Below, piece by piece: positions 8,592 through 16,737 of a DNA stretch of 64,000 nucleotides. A model generated the notes under the pieces. That model had not been told where the DNA came from. It ran no database searches and was given only the letters and a program-made list of their open reading frames with translations. How positions within the stretch are numbered: position 1 is the stretch's first letter; each line of letters starts with the position of its first letter. This DNA is from Flavobacteriia bacterium (GTDB lineage Bacteria; Bacteroidota; Bacteroidia; Flavobacteriales_D; Crocinitomicaceae): contig JBKCJG010000008.1 of the NCBI GenBank assembly GCA_046301895.1, forward strand, positions 961 through 64,960. The letters run 5' to 3'. Made by a program: the position numbers and the translations under genes.

Positions 8592-11117
8592 TTATTTCTG
8601 AACGATCAGTTTGCGGATCAACAATCCGTTCGCTGTTTCGATCAGGATGTTATAAAGTCCATTGTTCAATCTTGCTGTTTCCAGTTCGATCTTATTGAAC
8701 CCTTCTTTTGTATTGATCAATTTGCTGGATACAATCTGTCCCAACTGGTTGATCATTTTTACGTTAGCGTCCTGAGCAACCTGGCTGTTGAAGCTTATCG
8801 TTGTTTCAGCATTCGTCGGGTTCGGATAAAGATTCACTTCAGAAAGACCTGATAGCTCTTCCAAACTTACAGAGATAGAAACATTCAAGGTAAACTCATC
8901 TGCACAGTTACCATTCAGTGCGGTTAGAACTACAACATATGAACCGTTTGCAGCATAGGCATGAACAGGAGCTGCTGCCGAAGAGTTCGTGAAATCACCG
9001 AAATCCCATGAGTAATCTGTTGCATTCGTCGATGTGTTTGCAAAAGTTACGATGTTTCCTGAAGTAGTGAATGATCCTGCTGCTGTTGGTGTCTGCGTGA
9101 ATGTTACTGTAACCGGAGCCGATGTTCCAACACCGCTACAAGCATTTGAATTTGTGGTTACTACTGTTACTGTTTCAGTTCCCGTCACAGAGATCGATTG
9201 TGTAGTTTCACCATTAGACCATGTGTAAGTGTCGGCAGTAGATGATGTCAGTGTAACTGTTTCACCCGTACACGCTTGAGTTGCTGAAGCATTGATGGTT
9301 GGAACCGGAGCAGCGCTTACATCAACTAGTGTGGCAGTTGAGGTAGCAGCACATCCGTTGTTATCAGTATAGGTTACTGTGAATGATCCTGAAGCGTTCA
9401 CCGTGATTGAATTCGTAACGGAGCCATTTGACCAGCTGTTACCTGAAGTCTGACTGGAAGTCAATATAACAGTACCACCTGTACAGAAAGATGTTGGACC
9501 ATTTGCCGTAATGATCGGAGATGCAGGAGTAGCATTAACCTGAACAGTGATCATTGTTCGAGGACTTTCGTCACCTGCAGCATTGTATTGGCTAACATAG
9601 TAATAGTAAGTTGCTGCAGAAGCTGTTGATGGAACCGGTGCGCTTGTTGAAGCGGTACCGCCATTTGCCTGCGTATACCAGTAAAGTGAGTTTCCTGTTC
9701 CAGGCGTTGCAGACAACGCAGATGCGGTTTCTCCCTGGCAGTATGTGATCGTGTTTGATACGGTTGGAGCTGAAAGGTTGTAGAATTTAACATTTGAGAA
9801 GTCTGCACCAGAAGCAGCAGAGGAAGATCCGTTCAATCTAGCATCCGGTGTTGTGCCCAGAGGAGTAAAGATATTCACCCAATCTATCTGAGCAACTGTC
9901 ATTGTTGAGTCATTTCCATCTGCTCCGAAAAAGGTAGAATAAAATGCCGGTGTCGCAGTAACACAATTTGTGTTTAACGTGAAATTAGAAAGGACGTTGT
10001 GTGAGAACACCAATGAATCATTATTTACGTTGGCCTCTACCGGTGTACCTTCAATTGAAAGACCTTTCTCCCAACCTGTTATCAATGAATTGAAAACAGA
10101 AGTTGATGTATTTCTTCTCAAACGGAATGCTTTTTCAAATTTTTCACCTGTCGGAAGAGCTACCGAACCATTTCCTTTCGGCCCAACAATCGTAATATTT
10201 GAAAAAATAGGCATTGTTTTAGGCTGTGCAGCCGTTCCAGTTGCATCGTTGTCAGATTCGAACGCATTCGAATCACCCGGAGCATCTGACATACCACTGT
10301 CACGGATGATCAATCCAAATTGAATTTTTCCACGGTAACCAAAATCAGTATCGAAATCATCGTCCAGTCCTCGGTATGCGATCAAGTGCTTACAGTTCAC
10401 TGTTCCTCCAAACCACTCAAAGGAGTCGTCACCGGAAAATGAAACCTGTACATAGTCAACAGTAGTTGCCGAACCTACAGAACCAAATGTAATACCGTTT
10501 ATCTCTTTGTTTGGCTCAAGAGGAATTCCGGCAAACTCCACACGAACGTATCGTAATGTGCCTGAGTTATCAGTATCGAACGCACCGCCATGCTGCGTAT
10601 CTGTTGTTGGAGCGATACCTTCGATGCTTGCTACACCACCCGGTTGATTATTTCTTGCCAATCCAAGGATCACCAAGCCTCCCCAGTCGCCCTCAGATCG
10701 GTTACCCATGGATTCATTGGAAGTAAATACAATAGGCTGAGTAGCTGTTCCATTTGCATTAATCCTCGCCCCGCGGGTAATGATCAATGTTCCCTGTGTC
10801 AATTTGTCCCCACGAATGATCGTCCCAGGCTGGATTGTCAATGTGGCATTATTTTTAACATATACTTTGTTCTGAAGAAGTACTATACCACTCCAGGTAG
10901 TGTTTGTTGTAATGTCGGCTGAAACTGTTGTTGTCGGAGTTCCATAATTCTCATTCTCAGGATTAAAATTTGACCATCCTGAAGTCCAGTCAGTAGCAGA
11001 TGTTCCATCCGTTACAGGGAACGCTCCTTTGTAATTAACAACATCCCAAAAGGCTTGTTGAGCGTTAACTGCCGAAAACAGACCCAGGGCAGCCAACAAA
11101 GTGTACAATTTTTTCAT
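8592..11117 (-). CDS. 841-aa T9SS cargo: about 440-aa N-terminal domain of a family I cannot name (possibly beta-helix), Ig-like repeats, PKD domain, type A CTD
   Basis: Signal peptide MKKLYTLLAALGLFSAVNAQ. N-domain strings EGDWGGLVILG, GDDSFEWFGG, DDDFDTDFGYRG. PKD string YSWDFGD...HAYAANGSY. CTD LYPNPTNAETTISF...GLYNILI...LIVQK. Confidence 0.9.
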   Translation of the reverse strand: MKKLYTLLAALGLFSAVNAQQAFWDVVNYKGAFPVTDGTSATDWTSGWSNFNPENENYGTPTTTVSADITTNTTWSGIVLLQNKVYVKNNATLTIQPGTIIRGDKLTQGTLIITRGARINANGTATQPIVFTSNESMGNRSEGDWGGLVILGLARNNQPGGVASIEGIAPTTDTQHGGAFDTDNSGTLRYVRVEFAGIPLEPNKEINGITFGSVGSATTVDYVQVSFSGDDSFEWFGGTVNCKHLIAYRGLDDDFDTDFGYRGKIQFGLIIRDSGMSDAPGDSNAFESDNDATGTAAQPKTMPIFSNITIVGPKGNGSVALPTGEKFEKAFRLRRNTSTSVFNSLITGWEKGLSIEGTPVEANVNNDSLVFSHNVLSNFTLNTNCVTATPAFYSTFFGADGNDSTMTVAQIDWVNIFTPLGTTPDARLNGSSSAASGADFSNVKFYNLSAPTVSNTITYCQGETASALSATPGTGNSLYWYTQANGGTASTSAPVPSTASAATYYYYVSQYNAAGDESPRTMITVQVNATPASPIITANGPTSFCTGGTVILTSSQTSGNSWSNGSVTNSITVNASGSFTVTYTDNNGCAATSTATLVDVSAAPVPTINASATQACTGETVTLTSSTADTYTWSNGETTQSISVTGTETVTVVTTNSNACSGVGTSAPVTVTFTQTPTAAGSFTTSGNIVTFANTSTNATDYSWDFGDFTNSSAAAPVHAYAANGSYVVVLTALNGNCADEFTLNVSISVSLEELSGLSEVNLYPNPTNAETTISFNSQVAQDANVKMINQLGQIVSSKLINTKEGFNKIELETARLNNGLYNILIETANGLLIRKLIVQK

Positions 11118-11287
11118 ATCAATTCTTTCTTAAGTTTTTACGGTACAAAGAAAGACCAAGCTAAACAGGGAGGGGTTAGGGTATTTTTATGCTTAAATTA
11201 CTTTTACATTAATCTAAGAATACAATTTGTTAACATTGGAAACCGGAGGCTCAATACAACTGATAAGGAGCCGTAATTTTTAGGCAT

Positions 11288-11322
11288 AAAAAAAAGAGGT
11301 TCGGCAACGAACCTCTTTTTTT
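11288..11322. terminator. Bidirectional rho-independent terminator between the TonB receptor and the cargo gene
   Basis: GAGGTTCG (11296-11303) pairs with CGAACCTC (11308-11315) around a 4-nt loop, flanked by 8 A upstream and 7 T downstream. Confidence 0.85.
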
Positions 11323-11338
11323 CTATCTTCTGAAAAGC

Positions 11339-14185
11339 TTAGAAATTGTATTTAAGGGAAAGACTGACTGTTTGACCGAAGGTGATATTCTGCCAGTTGT
11401 TATCAGTTCCTTCGTCGTATTTCAAATTACCGTTCAAATCCTGGAAATAAGTCAATTCTTGGGCTAGAATATCCTTTACATTCAATTTTATTTCCAGTTT
11501 TTCTTTGATGATCTTACTGATCTGGATGTCTACTACATGTCGGCCGTTCTCCCAAACACTTGGCTCTTGAATGTTTCCAACGATATAGATACGCTGCCCA
11601 ACCACATTGTAGGAGATAGAGGCTGACCAGTCACTTTTAAAAGAGTTGTACATTAATCCCGCGTTCACAATGTATGGAGATTGTCCCTGAAGAGGTCTTT
11701 CATCACCCGAACCAGCAAAATCGGACAGGTCTACCCGTGATCTGATCAATGATAAATTCGTGTAGAATGTTGTTCCGTCCAAAAAGGTTGAATCTTTAGC
11801 TTTGTTGATGAATCCAAGTTTCAGTCGGTATTCCAATTCTGCCCCGAAGTTGGTTACTTTAGGAACATTCGAATAATACAATTCAGGAGCTCCTGATGTA
11901 CCTGTGCGGTTGATCAATTCGATCGGATTTGTAAAGGACTTGTAGAATCCGGAAATACTGAATACTTGTCCTGCTCCCGGGAATAATTCGAATCTCACGT
12001 CAAAATTATCAATCAATGCACGTTGCAGGTTTGGATTCCCTGAAAGAATGTTGTCCTGAATGAAATTGTAAAAGGCGAATGGCGCGAGTTCTCTGAATTC
12101 AGGTCTTGATACAGTTTTGTAATAAGAAGCCCGCAGATTCATTTTGTTATTTATCGCGTATATCACGTTTACACTCGGAAGAATATCATTTACAGTTGTG
12201 TCAATATTTCTTTCAAGATTCGATCCAAACTCTACGTATTGAAAACGCTGATTATATGATTCAAAGCGTGCACCACCGACAATTCTGATTTTTTCTTTTT
12301 CACCAATCTTAGAGTCAATCATCAGGAAGCCTGCGTTTAGAAAAGCTTCTGCCTGATAACTATCGTCAACACTTGATGCTTCTTCCAGTTTGAATCCGCC
12401 CAAGCCATTGTCAAGCAAACCAAGATTCTCCGGAGCAAAGATCTGATCTTCCGGTAATAGCAGTAATTCACTGTTGAAGCTGCTTCCGGTAGGCTTATAT
12501 TGGGAGAAACCGAAATTGCGTGAAACAAAATCACGGTCACGGTACTGGTGCATACCACCTATCTTGAACTCATTTTTAAGTTTTCCGAAATTAACCGGAA
12601 GTGCATAATCGTATTTTGCACTGACGATACGTTCATCGGATGTTGACCAGAACATATTTCCTGCGGCTGTTGGGATTGTACCATTATTTTGAACAACAGC
12701 AACATAGCGCTCATTGGGATCATCTTCTTCCAGAGAATATTTTCGGTAAACAACGCGACGAAGATTTGGGATATCTCTTTGAACTGTGCTAAAGCCTGTA
12801 TTCCAATTGAATTTACCTTTTTTTAATTCATGGTTACCGATCAGTTGGGATGTATAGAGACTGTTCTGGGTGTACCAAATATTGGTGGATCGCTCCCACT
12901 GATGCGGGTCATTATCCAATTCTCGTACACCTCGTCTGATATTCACCTTATCTTCAGAAGTGATCGAATACATGTTTTTAAATGAGATCTTATTCTTGTC
13001 GTTGAATTTGAAATTCAAGTTGAGCATTGCACTGTTCATGATGTTTTTGCTGAAAACCGAGTCTTCCAATTCCATTTTTAGGATCACGCCTGTAGATTGT
13101 TCTTCAAATTCCCTACGAGTAATCAGATTGGCACTATTGTTATTTTGATAACTGTATGCGAACACCAGTCCAAGTGACTTTTCTTTGATCTTTATGTTTC
13201 GACCCAGTGTGTATTGCAGACTACCGTTCGGAAGTGCTTTACCATTTTTTGCGGCCCAGCCGAAGTTCATTTTTTCCGCTAGAATTGCTTTGTCGTCTTT
13301 CGTCAGACTAGCAAAAGTTTCAGTCGCTGGGATGTCTGAAGGGATCGCGCGTCCCCCGGCACCTAAACCAAGGAAATCTAATCCGGATCCCTCAGAAGAA
13401 CTGAAATTTTTAAAAGTAGTCAGCGTGTTGAATCCCCCACCGATCTGTATATTGTGAAAGTTTTTTGCTTTCGATTCAGTTGTGTTAATGTCGATCACAC
13501 CACCTGCGAATTCACCAGGAAGTTCCGGTGTAGCTGTCTTGATGATCACGAGATTATCCAACATGTTCGAAGGAAAGATATCGAACGAGAAAGCTTTACG
13601 ATCACTTTCTGTACTGGGTAATGAAGCGCCATTAATCAGCGCAAAATTATATCTGTCGCTTAATCCTCGAACAACAACGAATTTATTATCTTGCACACTG
13701 GCCCCGCTTACACGCTTTAAAACATCACTAGCCTTACTGTCCGGAGATTTCTTGATAGATTCCTGAGATATCCCATCTACAACAGTTGCACTGTTCCGCT
13801 GCATCTTGATGATGTTCTCGTTGCTTTCCTTGTTTACAGTCCCTTTCACTGTGACCGCACCAACCTCCTTCACTTCCTTTTCCAATGCGATGCGCACAAT
13901 TGATGTATCATTGGAAGCAACAAGAATATCAGTAATTTTTTTTGTTTGATATGTAGGGTATGTTACCGTAATTGCATATGTTCCTGGGGCGAGATTCCCA
14001 AGCATAAATACCCCGTCGAGGTCTGTCATTGCTCCTTTTTGCAGACCGTCAACTGTTATCTTTACCCCTGGGATGAGTTCGTTGGTTGTTGCATCGCCAA
14101 CCTGTCCTTTGATGAAACCGTTTTGAGAAAATGCCTGCAAACCGCTGCTCAACAAGACAAGTAAGGGTAGAATTTTGAAAGTCAT
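11339..14185 (-). CDS. TonB-dependent outer-membrane receptor with an N-terminal carboxypeptidase-regulatory-like domain (not obviously SusC-type). An alternative start at 14218 is possible
   Basis: Signal peptide MTFKILPLLVLLSSGLQAFSQ. CarbopepD_reg string GQVGDATTNELIPGVKITV. Plug VVRGLSDRYNFALINGASLPS...IKTATPE. Terminal SLKYNF. No SusD-like gene is adjacent. Confidence 0.9.
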   Translation of the reverse strand: MTFKILPLLVLLSSGLQAFSQNGFIKGQVGDATTNELIPGVKITVDGLQKGAMTDLDGVFMLGNLAPGTYAITVTYPTYQTKKITDILVASNDTSIVRIALEKEVKEVGAVTVKGTVNKESNENIIKMQRNSATVVDGISQESIKKSPDSKASDVLKRVSGASVQDNKFVVVRGLSDRYNFALINGASLPSTESDRKAFSFDIFPSNMLDNLVIIKTATPELPGEFAGGVIDINTTESKAKNFHNIQIGGGFNTLTTFKNFSSSEGSGLDFLGLGAGGRAIPSDIPATETFASLTKDDKAILAEKMNFGWAAKNGKALPNGSLQYTLGRNIKIKEKSLGLVFAYSYQNNNSANLITRREFEEQSTGVILKMELEDSVFSKNIMNSAMLNLNFKFNDKNKISFKNMYSITSEDKVNIRRGVRELDNDPHQWERSTNIWYTQNSLYTSQLIGNHELKKGKFNWNTGFSTVQRDIPNLRRVVYRKYSLEEDDPNERYVAVVQNNGTIPTAAGNMFWSTSDERIVSAKYDYALPVNFGKLKNEFKIGGMHQYRDRDFVSRNFGFSQYKPTGSSFNSELLLLPEDQIFAPENLGLLDNGLGGFKLEEASSVDDSYQAEAFLNAGFLMIDSKIGEKEKIRIVGGARFESYNQRFQYVEFGSNLERNIDTTVNDILPSVNVIYAINNKMNLRASYYKTVSRPEFRELAPFAFYNFIQDNILSGNPNLQRALIDNFDVRFELFPGAGQVFSISGFYKSFTNPIELINRTGTSGAPELYYSNVPKVTNFGAELEYRLKLGFINKAKDSTFLDGTTFYTNLSLIRSRVDLSDFAGSGDERPLQGQSPYIVNAGLMYNSFKSDWSASISYNVVGQRIYIVGNIQEPSVWENGRHVVDIQISKIIKEKLEIKLNVKDILAQELTYFQDLNGNLKYDEGTDNNWQNITFGQTVSLSLKYNF

Positions 14186-14324
14186 GTGTTCCTTGATTTT
14201 TACTGTGCAAAGGAACATCCGAACTCTTATTGCAGAATTACTGAAAGGTTATCTGTTTATTAATTCAAATTAATATTGAATTAACATGAATTAAATATCT
14301 GGTTAATTAGGACAATAATTGCGA

Positions 14325-14999
14325 TCAGCTTTGTTTTTCAACGAATTTATAACCAATCCCTTTAATCGTTTTAATGTATTGGTCGCCAATCTTTTCTCGT
14401 AATTTACGTATGTGTACATCGATTGTACGGTCTCCAACGATGATATCAGAACCCCAGACTTTATCAAGAATGATGTCACGCTCGAAGACATGTTCAGGTC
14501 GAGAAGCCAGAAGTGCCAGCAGCTCGAATTCTTTACGAGGCAATTGGATCACGATACCGTTCTTCTCGACAATATACTTTTCTCGATTTATCACAAGGTC
14601 CTTTTTGTCAGCTGCTTCCAGTTCGATCATTCCCCGTCGTCGCAACAATGCATTAATACGGCTTATCAGTACTTTTGGACGGACAGGTTTAGCAACATAA
14701 TCATCAGCACCTGCGTCGAGTCCCGCAATCTGACTATAATCCTCATTCCTTGCAGTTAAAAAGCAGACCAATGTGTGTTCAAAACCAGGTGATGTGCGGA
14801 TAGCTTCACAAACTTCAACACCATCCATACCCGGCATCATCACATCCAGTAGTACCAGGTCCGGTTTGTGTTCCCGCATCATTTGTATACCAACCTCGCC
14901 ATTTTCCGCATCGAATACTTCGTATCCTTCCTTCTTGAGATTATATCTTAACAATTCGCGAATATCTTCTTCGTCATCTACGATGAGTACCTTTAACAT
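14325..14999 (-). CDS. OmpR/PhoB-family response regulator (RR-2), close paralog of RR-1, with no cognate kinase adjacent
   Basis: VLIVDDEEDI...LDVMMPGMDG...EDYSQIAGLDAGADDYVAKPVRP...RTIDVHIRKLREKIG. Long identical blocks with RR-1, by eye about 55-60 percent identity. Confidence 0.9.
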   Translation of the reverse strand: MLKVLIVDDEEDIRELLRYNLKKEGYEVFDAENGEVGIQMMREHKPDLVLLDVMMPGMDGVEVCEAIRTSPGFEHTLVCFLTARNEDYSQIAGLDAGADDYVAKPVRPKVLISRINALLRRRGMIELEAADKKDLVINREKYIVEKNGIVIQLPRKEFELLALLASRPEHVFERDIILDKVWGSDIIVGDRTIDVHIRKLREKIGDQYIKTIKGIGYKFVEKQS

Positions 15000-15259
15000 A
15001 TGAGATGAATTTAGTGTTCTAGGTTTAAATCACAGTCTAAAGATAGCCATTTTATTGGATTTTTAAATTGTTTTTAAGGGTATGAGAACTTAAATATACA
15101 GCAGAATTATCTCCTTCAAACGAAAGCTTAAGTCGAAAATTTAAGTTGTGCGCGCACAGCTTTAAAGCGACTATCAAAAAAAGTGATCTGATTTTTAAAT
15201 TATTACAAAATAAAGCGCTAAAAATTTAAGTGTAGACAATATAGGTAAAAAATAACCGT

Positions 15260-15267
15260 TACTTTTG
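15260..15267 (+). promoter_or_regulatory. Candidate -7 box TACTTTTG driving the small RNA or leader below
   Basis: Exact match to the Bacteroidota TAnnTTTG consensus in a 394-bp intergenic region. No convincing -33 TTG was seen. Confidence 0.35.
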
Positions 15268-15270
15268 TAA

Positions 15271-15342
15271 GTAGTAGTAGTAGGTTAGGTTGATTAGTGT
15301 AGCAAGAGCTTCAGACGCCCGTCCGGAGCTCTTGTTCTTTTT
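15271..15342 (+). ncRNA. Candidate ~70-nt small RNA or transcription-attenuating leader of the RR-3/tsaB operon: C-free 5' tract followed by an intrinsic terminator
   Basis: A 40-nt C-free tract (15263-15302) contains (AGT)4 and GTTAGGTTGAT. A terminator hairpin follows at 15303-15334 with TTCTTTTT. No + strand CDS lies upstream that it could terminate. Confidence 0.35.
15303..15342 (+). terminator. Intrinsic terminator hairpin inside the intergenic region
   Basis: CAAGAGCTTC (15303-15312) pairs with GGAGCTCTTG (15325-15334) over 10 bp with one G-U pair, plus an inner GAC/GTC stem, followed by TTCTTTTT. Confidence 0.7.
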
Positions 15343-15393
15343 GAGGCGGTTTTAATTCGATATTTTTTATCTTTATGCCTCAATCTTTTTTGC

Positions 15394-16083
15394 ATGAAGA
15401 TCAAGATCCTTTTAGTGGAAGATGATACCAATCTGGGGTTTGTTATTTCCGATCAGTTAAGAACAGATGGTTATCAGGTTACGCTTTGCACTGATGGTGC
15501 AGAAGGCTTCAAAAAGTTTAATGAAGAAACTTTTCACCTTTGCATATTCGATGTCATGATGCCAAAGAAGGACGGATTTTCGCTGGCAAAGGATATTCGG
15601 AAGATCAATAATGAGATTCCGATCCTCTTTCTGACAGCCAAATCGATGACAGAAGACAAAGTGGAAGGATTTAAGTCAGGTGGCGATGATTACCTTACTA
15701 AACCATTCAGCACAGAAGAATTGCAATTGAGAATCTCGGCACTTTTGAAGCGAGTTAATATTGCAGCAGACGTGCCGGATGAATCGTCTATAAAACTTGG
15801 AGATTATATTTTTGATACACTGAATTTCAAGTTGAAACATGCCAACTTTGAAAAGACGCTCACAAAGAAAGAAGCTCAGATCCTGAAAATCCTTTGTAAG
15901 TTCAAAAATCAGGTTGTCGCGAGAGATATTGTTCTGAACGCAGTTTGGGGTCAAGATGATTATTTCGTAGGGAGAAGTCTTGATGTTTTTATTACAAAGC
16001 TGAGAAAGTACTTTAAAGAGGATTCGACCATTACGATAACCAACATACATGGTATTGGTTTTAAATTGGAGGTTGCTGAATGA
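15394..16083 (+). CDS. OmpR-family response regulator (RR-3), orphan, distinct from RR-1 and RR-2
   Basis: ILLVEDDTNL...FDVMMPKKDG...GDDYLTKPF. Winged-helix C-terminus RSLDVFITKLRKYF...IHGIGFKL. Four-nt ATGA overlap with tsaB. Confidence 0.9.
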   Translation: MKIKILLVEDDTNLGFVISDQLRTDGYQVTLCTDGAEGFKKFNEETFHLCIFDVMMPKKDGFSLAKDIRKINNEIPILFLTAKSMTEDKVEGFKSGGDDYLTKPFSTEELQLRISALLKRVNIAADVPDESSIKLGDYIFDTLNFKLKHANFEKTLTKKEAQILKILCKFKNQVVARDIVLNAVWGQDDYFVGRSLDVFITKLRKYFKEDSTITITNIHGIGFKLEVAE

Positions 16084-16736
16084 ATTGGATACTTCATCTA
16101 GAAACAGCAACAAAAGCTTGTTCTGTCGCATTATCATGTGATGGAATTTTAATTGCTGTTAAGGAAGAGCTTACACAGGATTTTTCTCACAGCGAAAACC
16201 TGACATTGTTCATTGAAGAAGTTGTCCGTGAGGCAGGGATCTCAATAAAGGATCTTCGCGCAGTTTCGGTGGCTTCCGGTCCGGGTTCCTATACAGGGCT
16301 CAGGATTGGCGTGTCAACCGCAAAAGGATTATGTTATGCTTTGAATATTCCTTTAATTGCGATTGATTCACTCTATTCTCTTGCCGTGATTGGTGCTCAA
16401 AAATATCCCGGCATTAATCTGTGCTCATTAATCGATGCACGCAGAATGGAAGTTTTTAATTCAGTGTACGATGCACAATTAAAGTCATTAAAACCGATCT
16501 CAGCAGATGTTATCGATGAGACCACCTATCAAGAATACGAACCGTATGTTTTTTTCGGTGATGGTGCCGCAAAGCTTCAGGAGATCTGGTCAGGGAGGAA
16601 TTGCAGAATCGATCTGAGTATACAAAGTTCCGCAACCGGACAACTTTCACTTGCTTATGCAAAGTTCCTGAAGGGCGAATTTGAGGATGTAGCTTATTTC
16701 CAGCCTTTCTACCTAAAAGATTTTATGACCAAATAG
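16080..16736 (+). CDS. tsaB: tRNA threonylcarbamoyladenosine (t6A) biosynthesis protein TsaB
   Basis: LETATKACSVAL...VASGPGSYTGLRIGVSTAKGLCYALNIPLIAIDSL. Length 218 aa. Confidence 0.9.
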   Translation: MNWILHLETATKACSVALSCDGILIAVKEELTQDFSHSENLTLFIEEVVREAGISIKDLRAVSVASGPGSYTGLRIGVSTAKGLCYALNIPLIAIDSLYSLAVIGAQKYPGINLCSLIDARRMEVFNSVYDAQLKSLKPISADVIDETTYQEYEPYVFFGDGAAKLQEIWSGRNCRIDLSIQSSATGQLSLAYAKFLKGEFEDVAYFQPFYLKDFMTK

Positions 16737-16737
16737 G

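Noticed and set aside
8567-8852. A Shine-Dalgarno-like AAGGAGG 9 nt upstream of a TTG-initiated 89-aa + strand ORF (8583-8852).
   Set aside because: The AAGGAGG is simply one arm of the terminator hairpin. The ORF is antisense to the CTD of the cargo gene. Bacteroidota do not rely on Shine-Dalgarno pairing.
14186-14324. A riboswitch (for example cobalamin) in the leader of the TonB-dependent receptor.
   Set aside because: Only about 140 nt are available, they are extremely AT-rich, and they lack the conserved B12-box or other riboswitch cores that I know. Only one simple hairpin is evident.
15281-15295. TTAGG/GGTTAGG repeats as telomere-like sequence or a G-quadruplex.
   Set aside because: Only GG doublets are present, which would give at best an unstable two-tier quadruplex. 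This is a bacterial chromosome context. An RNA-element interpretation fits the adjacent promoter and terminator better.
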